Below, one piece after another: positions 1 through 8,318 of a stretch of DNA of 26,704 nt. The stretch's first letter is position 1. Each line of letters begins with the position of its first letter. This DNA comes from Candidatus Aminicenantales bacterium (GTDB taxonomy: Bacteria > Acidobacteriota > Aminicenantia > Aminicenantales > UBA4085). A program made the position numbers and the translations under genes. Location: NCBI GenBank assembly GCA_049515535.1, contig JBEKTZ010000006.1, forward strand, positions 186,001 to 212,704. The letters run 5' to 3'. The notes beneath the pieces are model-generated. The model ran no database searches. It was not told where the DNA came from and saw nothing but the letters and a program-made list of their open reading frames with translations.

Positions 1-2
1 TC

Positions 3-1214
3 CGGAGGGAGATGATCCTCCGCGAAGGCGACCGTTTCAGCCTGGCCCTCTTTAAGGACAGCATCCTCCGCGTCAAACAGCTCGGGCTCGTCGACCTCGA
101 GAAAGACCCCGATATCAAGCCCTCCCAGGACGATTCGACCCAGTTCGACGTGAGCGTGAACGTCAAGGAACTCCAGCGGAACAACATCCAGTTCACGGCC
201 GGCTACAGCGGCTATGAAGGGACATTCATCGCGGCCAGTTATTCCACGGTCAATTTCCTCGGCGCGGGAGAGAACCTGGAAATTACCGCCCAGTACGGGA
301 AACGGATCAAGAACTATGTCTTCGGCTTCAGAGAGCCGTACTTGTTCGATTCTCCCGTGAGCGTAGGGTTCAATATTTACGACCGCTATATGATCTATCC
401 TTACCTGTACGACCAAAAGGCCAGAGGCATCGATTTCACGTTCGGCGCCCGCCTCAGCGGATACTGGAGTTCGAGTCTGACCTACAGCTTCCAGGACATC
501 GACGTCACCGCGCCGAGCATTACGGATACGACGACGTCGACGAGCTCCTCCGTGTACGATGCCTATTATGCCAGCCTTTACGGCTGGGGCCGATACTTTG
601 AGAATTCGCTCACGCCCTCGATCTACTACACGACGATCGACAGCCCCCTGACGCCGATGAGCGGCACGATGTACCTGTTTTCGCTGAAATACGCCGGAAC
701 CTTCCTCGGTGGAGAGATCCACATGATCAAGCCCAATCTCCAGTTCACCCATTACCAGCTCATCAAGCAAGGCATCATGTCGTTTGGATTGCACCTCGAA
801 TATTCCGAGGCGAAGCCTCTCCGGAACTCGCAAGTGCCCTTCTGGGAAAGGTTCTTTCTCGGCGGCGAACGCAACATCCGGGGCTACGAGATCTATACGA
901 TCGGCCCCAAGGACGCGAACGACTCGAACGTCGGGGGACTGAAATCCCTGGTCATCAACGCGGAGCTCATTTTCCACGTCGGCGGCCAGGAGAGCCCTCT
1001 TTATCTTATCGCTTTCCACGATATGGGCAATGCTTACAGCGCGGATGAGCGGGTGAGCCTCAAGAACGTCTACACGTCCACGGGAGTGGAAGCCCGGATC
1101 TTCGTCCCGGCCTTGAGAGTTCCTTTCCGGCTCATTTTTTCATATAATAACCGCTTGATCTATTCGAGCGATTCCAACTTTGCTTTTCGATTCGCGATTG
1201 GAACGACGTTCTAA
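3..1214 (+). CDS. bamA: Outer membrane protein assembly factor BamA (5'-truncated by the window edge; last POTRA domain plus barrel)
   Basis: Frame is open from the window start (RREM, cf. POTRA 'RRE'). Omp85 motifs: 'NFLGAGE', 'FREPYLFD', 'ERFFLGGERNIRGY'. C-terminal 'FAIGTTF'. Upstream of skp. Confidence 0.96.
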   Translation, partial: RREMILREGDRFSLALFKDSILRVKQLGLVDLEKDPDIKPSQDDSTQFDVSVNVKELQRNNIQFTAGYSGYEGTFIAASYSTVNFLGAGENLEITAQYGKRIKNYVFGFREPYLFDSPVSVGFNIYDRYMIYPYLYDQKARGIDFTFGARLSGYWSSSLTYSFQDIDVTAPSITDTTTSTSSSVYDAYYASLYGWGRYFENSLTPSIYYTTIDSPLTPMSGTMYLFSLKYAGTFLGGEIHMIKPNLQFTHYQLIKQGIMSFGLHLEYSEAKPLRNSQVPFWERFFLGGERNIRGYEIYTIGPKDANDSNVGGLKSLVINAELIFHVGGQESPLYLIAFHDMGNAYSADERVSLKNVYTSTGVEARIFVPALRVPFRLIFSYNNRLIYSSDSNFAFRFAIGTTF

Positions 1215-1269
1215 GACACGAAAAGTAAGCAAAGTCAATATTGATCCATAAACTGGAGGAGGACTAACG

Positions 1270-1788
1270 ATGAGGAAAACAATCACATTGATCGCCTTGC
1301 TCGGCGCCTGCATCTCCGCGGGCTTCGCCCAGGTGAAGGTCGGCGTCATCAATTCCCAGGACGTTTTGGAAAAATCGACGGAAGGAAAAAAGGTCATCGC
1401 CCGTCTTCAGGAAGCGGACAAGCAAAACCAGACCCAGATCGCCACTCTGGACGATCAGATCCGCAAGCTGCAGACCGAGCTCAATACCCAGCGGATCACG
1501 ATGACCGAAGACGCCGTCATGGCCAAGAACGCGGATCTGGAACGGAAAAATACGGACCGGAAAAGAAAGGCCGAAGACGCTTACGCCAGTATGAATGATC
1601 TGACGCAACGGCTGTTCAAGAAGATCCAGGACGAGCTCATTCCAATCGTCGAGCAGGTCGGAAAGGAAAAGGGCTTCGACATCATCTTCGACTTGGCCAA
1701 GAGCGGCGCCATCTATTGGAGCCCGGCGATCGACCTGACCACGGAAGTGATCAAGAGATACGATGCCTCGAAAGCGGCGGGCAAATAG
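1270..1788 (+). CDS. skp: Periplasmic chaperone Skp/OmpH
   Basis: Signal peptide, 'KVGVIN', long coiled coil, 'GFDIIFD…IDLTTEVIKRYD'. Strong RBS GGAGGAGG. Syntenic with bamA. Confidence 0.93.
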   Translation: MRKTITLIALLGACISAGFAQVKVGVINSQDVLEKSTEGKKVIARLQEADKQNQTQIATLDDQIRKLQTELNTQRITMTEDAVMAKNADLERKNTDRKRKAEDAYASMNDLTQRLFKKIQDELIPIVEQVGKEKGFDIIFDLAKSGAIYWSPAIDLTTEVIKRYDASKAAGK

Positions 1789-1800
1789 CGGAACGTCTCC

Positions 1801-2253
1801 TTGTTTGACATCGAAGCGATTCTGAAGTTTCTGCCTCACCGCTATCCCTTTCTCCTAGTGGATCGCGTCTTGAGCCTGGAAAAGGCGAAATCGATTGTCG
1901 CCATCAAGAACGTCACATACAACGAGGAGTTCTTCCAGGGCCATTTTCCCGGGCTGAGGATCATGCCCGGGGTGCTCATCGTCGAAGCTTTGGCCCAGGC
2001 GGGGGGGATTTTGCTCTTCAATTCCATTCCCGATGCCGAGAAAAAGTTCGTCCTGTTCAGTAAGATCGACAACATGAAGTTCCGCAAGCCCGTCGTGCCG
2101 GGCGACCAGATCCGGCTGGAGGGCACGTTCCTCAAGCTCAAAAACCGTTTTTTGCAGCTCCATGGGACAGCGTTAGTCGACGGGGAGATCGTGGTCGAAG
2201 GAGATATGCTGGCCTCGGTCGTAAATCGCGAGGACCTGAATGTCGATAAATGA
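1801..2253 (+). CDS. fabZ: 3-hydroxyacyl-ACP dehydratase
   Basis: '[13 protein letters not shown]', 'FFQGHFPG…[12 protein letters not shown]'. TTG start. Confidence 0.97.
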   Translation: MFDIEAILKFLPHRYPFLLVDRVLSLEKAKSIVAIKNVTYNEEFFQGHFPGLRIMPGVLIVEALAQAGGILLFNSIPDAEKKFVLFSKIDNMKFRKPVVPGDQIRLEGTFLKLKNRFLQLHGTALVDGEIVVEGDMLASVVNREDLNVDK

Positions 2254-3064
2254 GGTCCATGTCGACCCTTCCGCTTCCGTCCATGCCGAGGCGAAACTGG
2301 ATGCCGGCGTCTGGATCGGACCGAACTGCGTCTTAGGACGGAACGTCACCGTCCACAAAAACACGCGTTTCGAGGCGAACGTCTATATCGGCGGCTGGAC
2401 CGAGATCGGCGCCGAGTGCCGTTTTTCCCCCTTCTCCGTCATCGGCACGGAACCACAGGACATCGGCTACAAGGGCAATGAGACTCATGTCAAGATCGGC
2501 GACCGGAATATCTTTCGCGAATTCGTGACCGTCCACAGGGGGACGATCAACGGCGGAGGGCTGACCCGCATCGGCGACGATAATTACATCATGGCTTACG
2601 CGCACGTCGGCCATGACTGCCTGGTGGGCAACCGCACGATCTTCCTTCACGGCGCGACGCTGGGCGGGCACGTGATTGTCGAGGATTTCGCGACTGTCGG
2701 GGCCATGAGCGGCGTGCACCAGTTCTGCCGGATAGGCCGTTTTGCCTACATCGGAGGGGCTTCGGTCATCACTCAGGACGTCCTTCCGTTTTGCAAGGTG
2801 GTCGGACAGCGGCCCACCCGAATCCTGGGACTGAACGCCATCGGCTTGCGGCGAAGCGGATTTTCGAAAGACCGGATTGCCGCCCTGAAGGATATCTTCG
2901 ACCTGTTCTTTTTTTCGGACCTGAGCACGACCCAGGCCCTGGACAGGATCCAAGCGCAATTCCCGGCCGGCGAAGACCGCGATGAGATCATCCGGTTCGT
3001 CCTGGCCTCGAAAAGAGGGATCGTCAAGAAGACCACCGGGCCATGGAATCTCGAATCGGAATAA
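2240..3064 (+). CDS. lpxA: Acyl-ACP:UDP-N-acetylglucosamine O-acyltransferase
   Basis: Hexapeptide repeats, 'PQD', '[10 protein letters not shown]', 'AHVGHDC', 'HQFCRIG', 'GLNAIGLRR'. Overlaps fabZ by 14 nt. Confidence 0.96.
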   Translation: MSINEVHVDPSASVHAEAKLDAGVWIGPNCVLGRNVTVHKNTRFEANVYIGGWTEIGAECRFSPFSVIGTEPQDIGYKGNETHVKIGDRNIFREFVTVHRGTINGGGLTRIGDDNYIMAYAHVGHDCLVGNRTIFLHGATLGGHVIVEDFATVGAMSGVHQFCRIGRFAYIGGASVITQDVLPFCKVVGQRPTRILGLNAIGLRRSGFSKDRIAALKDIFDLFFFSDLSTTQALDRIQAQFPAGEDRDEIIRFVLASKRGIVKKTTGPWNLESE

Positions 3065-3867
3065 TCGCCGGATCGGGACGGTTTCCCCTGCAGGCGCTCG
3101 ATATGGCCAGAGACCGGGGGTTGACTTGCGTTGTCGCGGCCATCCGCGGCGAAGCTGCCCCCGAGCTTGAGCCGAAAGCGGACGCCTTCGCCTGGTTCGG
3201 GACCGCCGAACTCGTCAAGCTCATCGCTTTTTTCAAGGAACGGAACGTCCGTGAAATCATCCTTGTGGGAAAGGTCGAGCCGCGAACCTTGTTTCGAAAA
3301 GACCTCCATGACGAAGTCTTGGCCCGGCTTCTGGCCCAAGCGAAAGATGAGACCTCCACATCGGTCCTCGAGTCGCTCATCGAATTTCTCGGAACGCAGG
3401 GGATCGTCGTTCTGGATCCCTCGTTCTTTTTGGAGCCCTATTTCTGCGGGGAAGGCGTTCTGACCCGGATAGCGCCGTCGCCGGAAATCCTGAAGGATAT
3501 CGAATTCGGCTGGACCCGGGCGAAATCCGTGGCCGATCTGGACATCGGCCAAACGCTCGTCGTCAAAAACAAGGCGATTGTGGCGGTCGAGGACGCGGAG
3601 GGAACGGATGAGACGATCAAAAGGGCCGGCCGGCTCGCGGGAGAGGGCGCCGTGGTCCTCAAAGTCGGCCGCACCCGGCAGGACATGCGGATCGACGTGC
3701 CGGCCGTCGGACTGAAAACGATGAAAGGCCTGGTTGGAATCCGGGCGGCGGCCCTCGCGATCGAGGCGCGGAACGTCCTCTTTTTCCAAAAGGGGGAATC
3801 GCTTGAGATGGCGGACGCGAACGGCATCACGGTCGTGGCCGGAAAGCAGGGAACATGGACAAAGTGA
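3043..3867 (+). CDS. lpxI: UDP-2,3-diacylglucosamine pyrophosphatase LpxI family
   Basis: '[11 protein letters not shown]', 'DIGQTLVV', 'AVEDAEGTDETIKR', 'QDMRIDVPAVG'. Follows lpxA. Confidence 0.93.
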   Translation: MESRIGIIAGSGRFPLQALDMARDRGLTCVVAAIRGEAAPELEPKADAFAWFGTAELVKLIAFFKERNVREIILVGKVEPRTLFRKDLHDEVLARLLAQAKDETSTSVLESLIEFLGTQGIVVLDPSFFLEPYFCGEGVLTRIAPSPEILKDIEFGWTRAKSVADLDIGQTLVVKNKAIVAVEDAEGTDETIKRAGRLAGEGAVVLKVGRTRQDMRIDVPAVGLKTMKGLVGIRAAALAIEARNVLFFQKGESLEMADANGITVVAGKQGTWTK

Positions 3868-4772
3868 AAATAGGGATCATCGGCGTCGGGTATCTGGGCA
3901 TGCAGCACGCCCGGATCAGCTCTTATTTGGAAGAGGCCGAACTCAAGGCCGTGGCCGATATCGATTTCAAGAAAGCCCTGGAGATCGGGAATCGCCACGG
4001 CGTCAATTACTACCAGAACTATGAGGACATGCTCGACGAGATCGACGCGGGCATCGTGGCCACGCCCACGTCCGAGCATTTTCTCATCTCGATGAACCTG
4101 CTCAAGCACGGTAAACACGTGCTCGTCGAGAAGCCGATCACGGAGACGATCGAACAGGCCGAACAGCTCGTGGACGTGGCGAAAAAAAACGGCTTGATCC
4201 TGCAGGTCGGCCACCTGGAGCGCTTCAACCCCGCCGTCGAGGCCGTGGAAAACATGATCTCCGACCCGAAGTTCATCGAGGTCCAGAGGCTGGGATCGTT
4301 TTCGGCTCGATCGCTCGATGTCGATGTCGTCCTGGATCTCATGATCCATGATCTGGACATCATTCTCGCCCTCATCAAGGATGAGGTCAGCGTCATCCGT
4401 TCATCGGGGATTCACGTTCTTTCCGAGAAAGTGGATATCGCCAACGCCCGGCTGGAATTCAAGGGAGGGTGCGTCGCGACGCTGACCGCCAGCCGCGTCC
4501 ACCAGGGCAAGGTCCGCAAACTCCGGATCTTTGAGCCGACGTCCTATTATTCCATCGATTATATCGACCAAGAGGTCAAAGTCTTCCCGTTGAGCGGGCG
4601 GCAGACGGATATCAAGACCCTGAAGATCAAGAAGGAAGAGCCGCTCAAAAAAGAACTCGAGAATTTCCTTCGCTGCCAGGCGGAGGGGAAAAGCGGCAAG
4701 GTCAGCGGCGAAGAAGGCCTGCGGGCCTTGCGTCTTGCCTACGACGTCCTCAAAGAGATCGAAACGGCTTGA
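3855..4772 (+). CDS. Gfo/Idh/MocA oxidoreductase, probable GnnA-type UDP-GlcNAc 3-dehydrogenase
   Basis: 'IGIIGVGYLG', 'VLVEKP', 'VGHLERFNP', 'DVVLDLMIHDLD'. Position after lpxA-lpxI is typical of gnnA. Confidence 0.85.
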   Translation: MDKVKIGIIGVGYLGMQHARISSYLEEAELKAVADIDFKKALEIGNRHGVNYYQNYEDMLDEIDAGIVATPTSEHFLISMNLLKHGKHVLVEKPITETIEQAEQLVDVAKKNGLILQVGHLERFNPAVEAVENMISDPKFIEVQRLGSFSARSLDVDVVLDLMIHDLDIILALIKDEVSVIRSSGIHVLSEKVDIANARLEFKGGCVATLTASRVHQGKVRKLRIFEPTSYYSIDYIDQEVKVFPLSGRQTDIKTLKIKKEEPLKKELENFLRCQAEGKSGKVSGEEGLRALRLAYDVLKEIETA

Positions 4773-4775
4773 TTC

Positions 4776-5058
4776 TCAACGGGTGACCTTGATCAGCTGA
4801 TTCATCGGGGGGATCGCTTCCGCGTCTTTCAACTCATTCATGATGGCCAGGTAAGTCCAACTCTCTTTTTTGACGTTGTTCTGCGCCAGATAATCCTTCA
4901 AGCTGCGCCGGCCGTCGGCTTTGATGACCCTGAGCCGCTGCGGTTGTCGGTTCAGATATCTCGGATCGTTCAGGCCGTCGAAAGAGTCGACGACGGCCTG
5001 GAACAGCCCGTCATGGCGGGAGAACCAGAACGAGACAAAAGGCGAAGGATCTTTTCAC
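4776..5058 (-). pseudogene. Internally deleted gene: signal-peptide start joined out of frame to the C-terminal tail of an M48-family Zn-protease-like protein
   Basis: GTG at 5058, 3 nt after the upstream stop, reads MKRSFAFCLVLVLPP*. A different frame (4776-5054, no upstream start) reads …FSRHDGLFQAVVDSFDGLNDPRYLNRQPQRLRVIKADGRRSLKDYLAQNNVKKESWTYLAIMNELKDAEAIPPMNQLIKVTR*. This resembles the C-terminus of exported M48 proteases (family assignment from recall). Confidence 0.7.
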
Positions 5059-5061
5059 GAC

Positions 5062-5796
5062 TTACTTCGACATCTTGAAAAAGCCGTCCTGAAGGCCCGA
5101 GTTATAGACGATTTTGGTAAAGGTCATATGAATGGCTTCGGCTCCATTCTGATGAACGGACATGGTATGCGCCACCAGGGAATCGCCGACCTTTTTGTAG
5201 TCGCTAAAATAGGTCTCGGCTTCGACGTCGGCGCCCGTTGTCTGGTCGGTGGACTTGCCCTTGGTCTTGAAGATCAGGTAGGTGGTGGGATCGATGTACA
5301 TCGTGACTTTCTCGCCGTCTTTGAAGATCTGCTCGAGGACGAGGTAATCCTTGTCCTGGATCTTCTCTTTTCCCTTGGCCGCGAAGGTGATCCCGTATTT
5401 CTCCGGGTTGAGCGTGGAGTCGTTGCCAAGAGCCTGTCGCCGCATGTCGTCGCTCATTTTCGGGGTCATTTCCTGTTGGGTCCCGGACTGGGGATCGGTC
5501 ATCCACGCCTTTTCTCCGTCGAACGCTTGGGTGATGACCATGCCCATGAATTCCATGTCCAGGCGCATCTTGTCGGGCTCCTTCTGGTACATCGTGAGGC
5601 TGCCGTTGATGCCCATCTGGATCATCTCGATCGTGCCGCTGATGGTCGTGTCCTTGATGCCGCCCAGGACCTTCCGGCCGCCCTCGGCGTCGATCATCTT
5701 GTCCAAGATCTGTTTCGCGGTCTGCCCGTAACCTACGCGGCTGATCGAGCCGAATAGGATCAACCCGAGAAGACAAATCACAAACGTTCTTTTCAT
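5062..5796 (-). CDS. Exported LolA-like / outer-membrane lipoprotein-sorting family protein
   Basis: RBS GGAGGAGG before ATG 5796 (MKRTFVICLLGL, signal peptide). 'QILDKMIDAEGG', 'QAFDGEKAW', 'YIDPTTYL', 'FSDYKKVG' are typical of this beta-rich family. Confidence 0.7.
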   Translation of the reverse strand: MKRTFVICLLGLILFGSISRVGYGQTAKQILDKMIDAEGGRKVLGGIKDTTISGTIEMIQMGINGSLTMYQKEPDKMRLDMEFMGMVITQAFDGEKAWMTDPQSGTQQEMTPKMSDDMRRQALGNDSTLNPEKYGITFAAKGKEKIQDKDYLVLEQIFKDGEKVTMYIDPTTYLIFKTKGKSTDQTTGADVEAETYFSDYKKVGDSLVAHTMSVHQNGAEAIHMTFTKIVYNSGLQDGFFKMSK

Positions 5797-5815
5797 TCTT
5801 TCCTCCTCCATCATG

Positions 5816-5835
5816 ATTAAACCGAATTAAACCGA
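5816..5835. repeat. Tandem 10-bp repeat ATTAAACCGA x2 in a divergent promoter region
   Basis: Directly visible at 5816-5825 and 5826-5835. Confidence 0.6.
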
Positions 5836-5894
5836 CGGGAATGGCCTTCCAATTTAATAGAAAAACCGGAAATATTCAAATACAATAAGTGCGC

Positions 5895-7220
5895 ATGGAA
5901 AAACGCAGCGCCTTGAACGATATGTCTTCCCCCAGAAAACTCGGCCTGTTCGACGCAGCTATGATCTCCAGCGGGGCGATGATCGGCTCAGGAATCTTCA
6001 TGAATTCGGCTGAAAGCGCCAAATTCCTGACGAGTTCTTCGCAGCTGCTCGCGGTCTGGATGATCGGGGGCGCGATCGCTTTCCTCGGGGCGCTCTGCTT
6101 CGCCGAGCTCGGCGCCATGTTCGCCGAGTCCGGCGGACAGGTCGTCTATTTGGACAAGGCCTTTTCCCCGTGGCTCGGATTTCTTTTCGGCTGGACGCTT
6201 TTCAGCACGATCCAGACCGGAGCCATCGCTGCGGTGTCCACGACTTGCGCCCGGTTCATCGGCACGTTTGCTCCCATGACCGACATGGGGACCAGGGCGC
6301 TGGCGGCCGGCATCATCTGGCTCCTCTCGATCGTCAATTTTATGGGGATCAGGCCGGGAAGTTGGGTTCAAAACATCTTCACGATACTCAAAATTGCGGC
6401 GCTCCTCGCCCTCATCGCGATCGGACTGTTCTGGTTCAAGGCGCCCGGCCTGAGCCTGGGCCCGCTGTTCCCCGGCGGTTTCGATCTGAAGATCCTGAGC
6501 GCCATGGGGTTGGCCCTGATGCCGGCGCTTTTTTCCTACGGCGGCTGGCAAAACTTGAATTTTGTGGCGGGCGAGGTGAAAAATCCGGCGAAGACCATGC
6601 CCCTGGCCATCATTACGGGCGTCGGCCTTGTCGTAGCGCTTTATGTCCTATCGAACGTCGTCTATGTCAAGGCCCTCCCCATAGACGGCATTGCGGGTTC
6701 GAAAAAACTCGCTTCGGATGCCTTTCAAGCGATGGTCGGGCCCTGGGGCGCGAGATTCGTGGCCCTGGCCATCGTCATCTCGACGTTCGGAATCACGAAT
6801 GTCTTTATCCTTACGGGCGCGCGGGTCTATCAGACGATGACCCGGTCCGGGCACTTCTTGCCCTGGGCCGCGCGGCTCCATCCCCGTTTTGGGACTCCGC
6901 ATGTCGCGATATTCCTTCAGTCGGGCTGGGCGTCCTGCCTTGTGCTGACCAATTCCTACGGCCGGCTCCTCCAATATGTGACGTTCGGGGATTGGATTTT
7001 TTTCAGCCTGACCGCCCTGGCGCTGATCGTCCTCCGCGGGAAGTTGCCCGATCTGCCGAGGCCGTATCGGTCCTGGGGTTATCCGGTTGTCCCGCTCGTT
7101 TTTTTCTTGATCTCTGCCGCGGTCGTCATCAACGTCTTTTTTTCGTCCTTCGTCAATTCTCTCGTCGGCGCGGCCATCATCCTGGCCGGGCTGCCGATAT
7201 ATTTTCTAACGCGAAAATAG
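5895..7220 (+). CDS. APC-family amino acid permease (LAT/SteT-like)
   Basis: 'GAMIGSGIF', 'FAELG…ESGG', 'FSYGGW…GEVKNP', 'LHPRFGTP', 'RPYRSWGYP'. About 12 hydrophobic segments. Start could be 5889, 5895 or 5922. Confidence 0.93.
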   Translation: MEKRSALNDMSSPRKLGLFDAAMISSGAMIGSGIFMNSAESAKFLTSSSQLLAVWMIGGAIAFLGALCFAELGAMFAESGGQVVYLDKAFSPWLGFLFGWTLFSTIQTGAIAAVSTTCARFIGTFAPMTDMGTRALAAGIIWLLSIVNFMGIRPGSWVQNIFTILKIAALLALIAIGLFWFKAPGLSLGPLFPGGFDLKILSAMGLALMPALFSYGGWQNLNFVAGEVKNPAKTMPLAIITGVGLVVALYVLSNVVYVKALPIDGIAGSKKLASDAFQAMVGPWGARFVALAIVISTFGITNVFILTGARVYQTMTRSGHFLPWAARLHPRFGTPHVAIFLQSGWASCLVLTNSYGRLLQYVTFGDWIFFSLTALALIVLRGKLPDLPRPYRSWGYPVVPLVFFLISAAVVINVFFSSFVNSLVGAAIILAGLPIYFLTRK

Positions 7221-7230
7221 GGGAGTTCCC

Positions 7231-8304
7231 ATGGAATTTCAGCCGATCGAATACATGGAATGGGCCAAGTTGAAGAGCTTCGGAGCGGTCAATCTGAGCC
7301 GCAGCGGCATGCCGGGCTTATCGCTCCGGGATCTGCCGTTGAGCCTGGAAGGTTTGGATATCAACGGAGAGCAGCCTTATGGTTTGCCGCCTCTCCTCGA
7401 GGCGATCGCGTCGAGGTACGGGGCGCGGCCGGAGAACGTCGTCCCGACCGTCGGAACATCGCAGGCGATCTTTTTCGCTTGCGCGGCGCTGCTCGAGAGA
7501 GGGGACGCGGTCCTTGTCGAGCGACCGGCCTACGAACCCCTTCTTTCCTGCGCCAGGGTCCTGGGCGCCGAGATCCGCCGCTTCGAGCGAAGGTTCGAAG
7601 ACGGATATCAGATCGATCCGGACCATTTCAGGGCCGCCCTGTCGGATAAAACGAAGCTCGTCGTCCTCACCAACCTCCATAATCCCAGCGGCGCTTTTCT
7701 TTCCGGAGATCGGATCCGGACGTTGGCTCACGAGGCGCACCTCAGAGGCGCCTGGCTTTTCATCGATGAAATCTATCTTGAATATATGGGCGGAAATGAG
7801 GCTCGGTCGTCGTTCGGCCTGGCTGAAAATCTTTTTACGGCTTCAAGCCTGACCAAGGTTTACGGCCTGGCCGGCCTCCGCTGCGGTTGGATCTTGGCGC
7901 CGGCGCCGCTGGCCGGAAAGATGCGCCGGCTGATGGATTATCTTTTTGTCGAGCATGTTTATATCGGAGAGATGTTGGCGGTCCGCGTGTTTCCGCATTT
8001 GGACGCAATCCGGGAAAAGAACAGGCCGCTGATCGAGCGCAATCGAGAGACGGTTCGCCGGTTGATGGCGGAGGAGCCGGCGCTCGCATGGGTCGAACCT
8101 CCGGCCGGGATCGTCGGATTTCCGCGCGTCAGCGGCCCGCTGGATGGGGACGCGCTGGCCGGGATCCTGAGCCAAAGATTTGACACGACGGTCGTGCCGG
8201 GACGGTTCTTCGAAGACCCGCGCCATTTCCGCCTCGGCTTCGGCGTCCCGACGGAGATCCTGGCCCGAGGTGTGGCGAACATCAAAAAGGCCCTTGCCGA
8301 ATAG
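7231..8304 (+). CDS. PLP-dependent aminotransferase class I/II
   Basis: 'TNLHNPSG', 'IDEIY', 'SSLTKVYGLAGLRCGW' (PLP lysine). RBS GGGGAG, 10 nt after the permease stop. Confidence 0.92.
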   Translation: MEFQPIEYMEWAKLKSFGAVNLSRSGMPGLSLRDLPLSLEGLDINGEQPYGLPPLLEAIASRYGARPENVVPTVGTSQAIFFACAALLERGDAVLVERPAYEPLLSCARVLGAEIRRFERRFEDGYQIDPDHFRAALSDKTKLVVLTNLHNPSGAFLSGDRIRTLAHEAHLRGAWLFIDEIYLEYMGGNEARSSFGLAENLFTASSLTKVYGLAGLRCGWILAPAPLAGKMRRLMDYLFVEHVYIGEMLAVRVFPHLDAIREKNRPLIERNRETVRRLMAEEPALAWVEPPAGIVGFPRVSGPLDGDALAGILSQRFDTTVVPGRFFEDPRHFRLGFGVPTEILARGVANIKKALAE

Positions 8305-8318
8305 GGCGGCCTCGATCC

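Noticed and set aside
4921..5757. 278-aa + strand ORF
   Set aside because: Shadow of the LolA-like gene and the pseudogene on the minus strand.
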